Source of the DNA: Balanoglossus misakiensis
Lineage: Eukaryota > Animalia > Hemichordata
Direction: 5' to 3'
DNA: 64,000 bases
Assembly (NCBI GenBank): GCA_040954595.2
Contig: CM082581.2
Span: 6,874,699 to 6,938,698 of the forward strand
A program made the position numbers and the translations under genes. Shown here piece by piece: positions 62,101 to 64,000 of the stretch. The notes under the pieces are model-generated. The model made no database searches and had not been told where the DNA came from. It saw nothing but the letters and a program-made list of their open reading frames with translations. How positions within the stretch are numbered: the first letter of the stretch is position 1; each line of letters opens with the position of its first letter.

Positions 62101-64000
62101 GGCAACAGCTCATCATGCAGAATAAACAGAAAGTCCAAGAAATGAAGGAAGAGGTATGGTGACCATTTTCGTACTACAGCGATTGATGTTTATTGTTAGA
62201 ATGAAAGCAGATGTAAACTTACATGGAAGTCTATCATATCACATAGTGCAGTACGATTCATCGGCACATCAGAAATTCATTGCATTTTACCATTTATTAC
62301 ATTTCAATATAGCTTTGTTTCTTTTGAGCATTTGCTGTTTTTATGCTGATTGTCTACTATCCTGATGTCTGCTGACACCCCAACAGAAAAGTGGCTTGTC
62401 CTCTTGTTTCCAAAGAGTTATCAATGACTCGAGAATTTTCAACATCTTGTTTCCATGACAGGCGGAGAGAATGATGCAGGAGTACCTGGAGAAGCGTCTG
62501 GAGGAGGAAGAGATGATGAAGGAACTGGTGGAGGACGTCATGATGAGCCACCAGAACGCCAAAGACGCCAAGGGCAAACTGACGGAGTACAAGAGGAAAC
62601 TTGTTGAGGAAGTGAATGAAGAGAGCAGAGAGCTTCTCAGACAGGCTCTGGAAGAGGTACATATATCATCTCGTAGATTTATCGCTTTCTCCTCAATATG
62701 CTGAAATTTCCAGTAGTTAATCAACAGGCATGCCCCACATGAGCTTGCAAAGTGTTGCATGGATATCATATATAAACGAAAGAATTATAAGTTTTAGCCT
62801 ATGGGGGCAGTGTGCTAACTATGCCCTCATAATTCACAATTTTACAGAAATTTGAAACATGCACCATTTCACGAATGACGCTTTACTCTCTAGGCTGAAG
62901 CAGATATGCGGCGCAAGCTAGACCTCATCCAGCAGATCCGAGCCATGGAATCCGTTCCCAAGATCCGACACAAGTTTGTGGACATTGGCTCAACAGCAGG
63001 CCATGCACTGCTTAGTGAGATGTCAATAGCAGAGGTGAGTCCAATTCTGTTTTTCGAATCAGAGTTCAGTTTGAATTCAGTTCTTGAATCAGATTTGAGT
63101 TTGAATTCAGTTCTTGAATCAGATTTGAGTTTGAATTCAGTTTTGGAAACAGAGTTGAGTTTGAATTTAGTTTTGGAATCTCATCATAAATATTGCTTGA
63201 AGGAGGTATGACAGTGACGGGGGTCTATTATATAGACTAAGTGTGTCAGTAACTCCTCCCCCTCAAAAAACTACTGCAGTTCCAACAGAACCCAGCAGAT
63301 GACAAATATATTGAATACTATCTTTCGTTTCTTGACCACAACAGCTTCGAGAGAGACTAGCTCTTCTCAAAATCTCATCCAAAGAGAGCGAAGAAGAGAA
63401 ACGAGACGAGATCCTGGCCACAAAACAAGCCAAGGATCAGATGCTGATGGAGAAGCTGGAACAGATCTCGAGACATCGATCAGCTGGCGGACAAACGTCA
63501 GCTCTCAGGTAAATACATTGGGAACAGAGCTGATGGAAAAATTGATGAGCCCTACCTAAACATACAGCCCAGGTTGTCAGGGTGTTTCCCCTTTTCTGGC
63601 TTCTACACGAATAAATCTAGAATTCACGTCACAATCTGATGTTCATCACTAAAACATTTAATTTAAATCACACCTGTGCTCATCCACTCCAGGTTGGAAG
63701 ACAAGAGACGAAACAAAGACGTCAAGCCAGAAATCAAAGACGCGAAAGTTCTGGAGATGCAGGCGCGACTGGAACAGCGGCGCAGAGAAAGGATCAGCAC
63801 GGCGGAGAAAATGAAGATCTCACCCACCAAGAAGTCTGCACAGAGGACTCAGAGTCTCACAAAAGAAAAGGTTAGTTGTTTACCGGTAAATGCAAATTTG
63901 ATGTGGCCTGGTAGGACGTACATATGTTGTAAAATCTGAGTAAATTAAGGCCAAGATAACCCAGGTCATTTATATATTCTTTGAATATATGCAAATTTAT
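59155..64000 (+). CDS. CFAP99: Cilia- and flagella-associated protein 99, 3'-partial
   Basis: Exons 59155-59262, 59573-59717, 59924-60018, 60209-60321, 60476-60653, 60819-60899 (GC donor), 61092-61244, 61509-61597, 61949-62153, 62462-62656, 62894-63034, 63345-63508, 63693-63870, all phase-consistent. Recognisable CFAP99 segments include LFRLTELGMSHFRKFV, TWMKDEWCRIYE, TTEIKPFNITKPRPR, IRLNAAAILRE, EFLQWQ, LSHEEAILAR and GHALLSEMSIAELRERLALLK. Confidence 0.9.
63059..63180. repeat. 30-bp intronic tandem repeat x4
   Basis: Unit approximately TCAGATTTGAGTTTGAATTCAGTTCTTGAA. Confidence 0.9.

Noticed and set aside
63059-63180. CRISPR-like appearance of 30-bp repeats
   Set aside because: Head-to-tail tandem units without unique spacers, in a eukaryotic intron with no cas genes.

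Overview
This is AT-rich, intron-containing animal genomic DNA, probably from an invertebrate deuterostome or similar bilaterian (inferred from gene content and intron positions). Most of the ORF track is noise, so genes were reconstructed by hand from GT/AG sites and reading phase. Four spliced genes are present: a TACC-family gene (+, 5' end outside the window, stop at 17516), LHPP (+, 20271-23408, complete), an NDRG/ZK1073.1-like alpha/beta-hydrolase-fold gene (-, 56143 to 28010, first exon not located) and CFAP99 (+, from 59155, running off the window). Several MITE families and tandem repeats are also present. The most striking unexplained structure lies in the TACC gene: three frame-preserving (phase 1-1) cassette exons follow a constitutive exon, and each ends in a variant of the acidic-Phe motif that matches the Aurora-A docking motif of vertebrate TACC3. 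One variant has Ala in place of the Phe. The region has two AG-free zones longer than 200 nt and nine TGCATG (Rbfox) motifs. Also notable are candidate internal first exons giving short TACC isoforms with hydrophobic N-termini, a microexon/cassette cluster in one NDRG intron, a (TTCA)n tract that replaces an LHPP polypyrimidine tract, and a GC-AG intron in CFAP99. All splicing calls are sequence-based predictions without transcript data.
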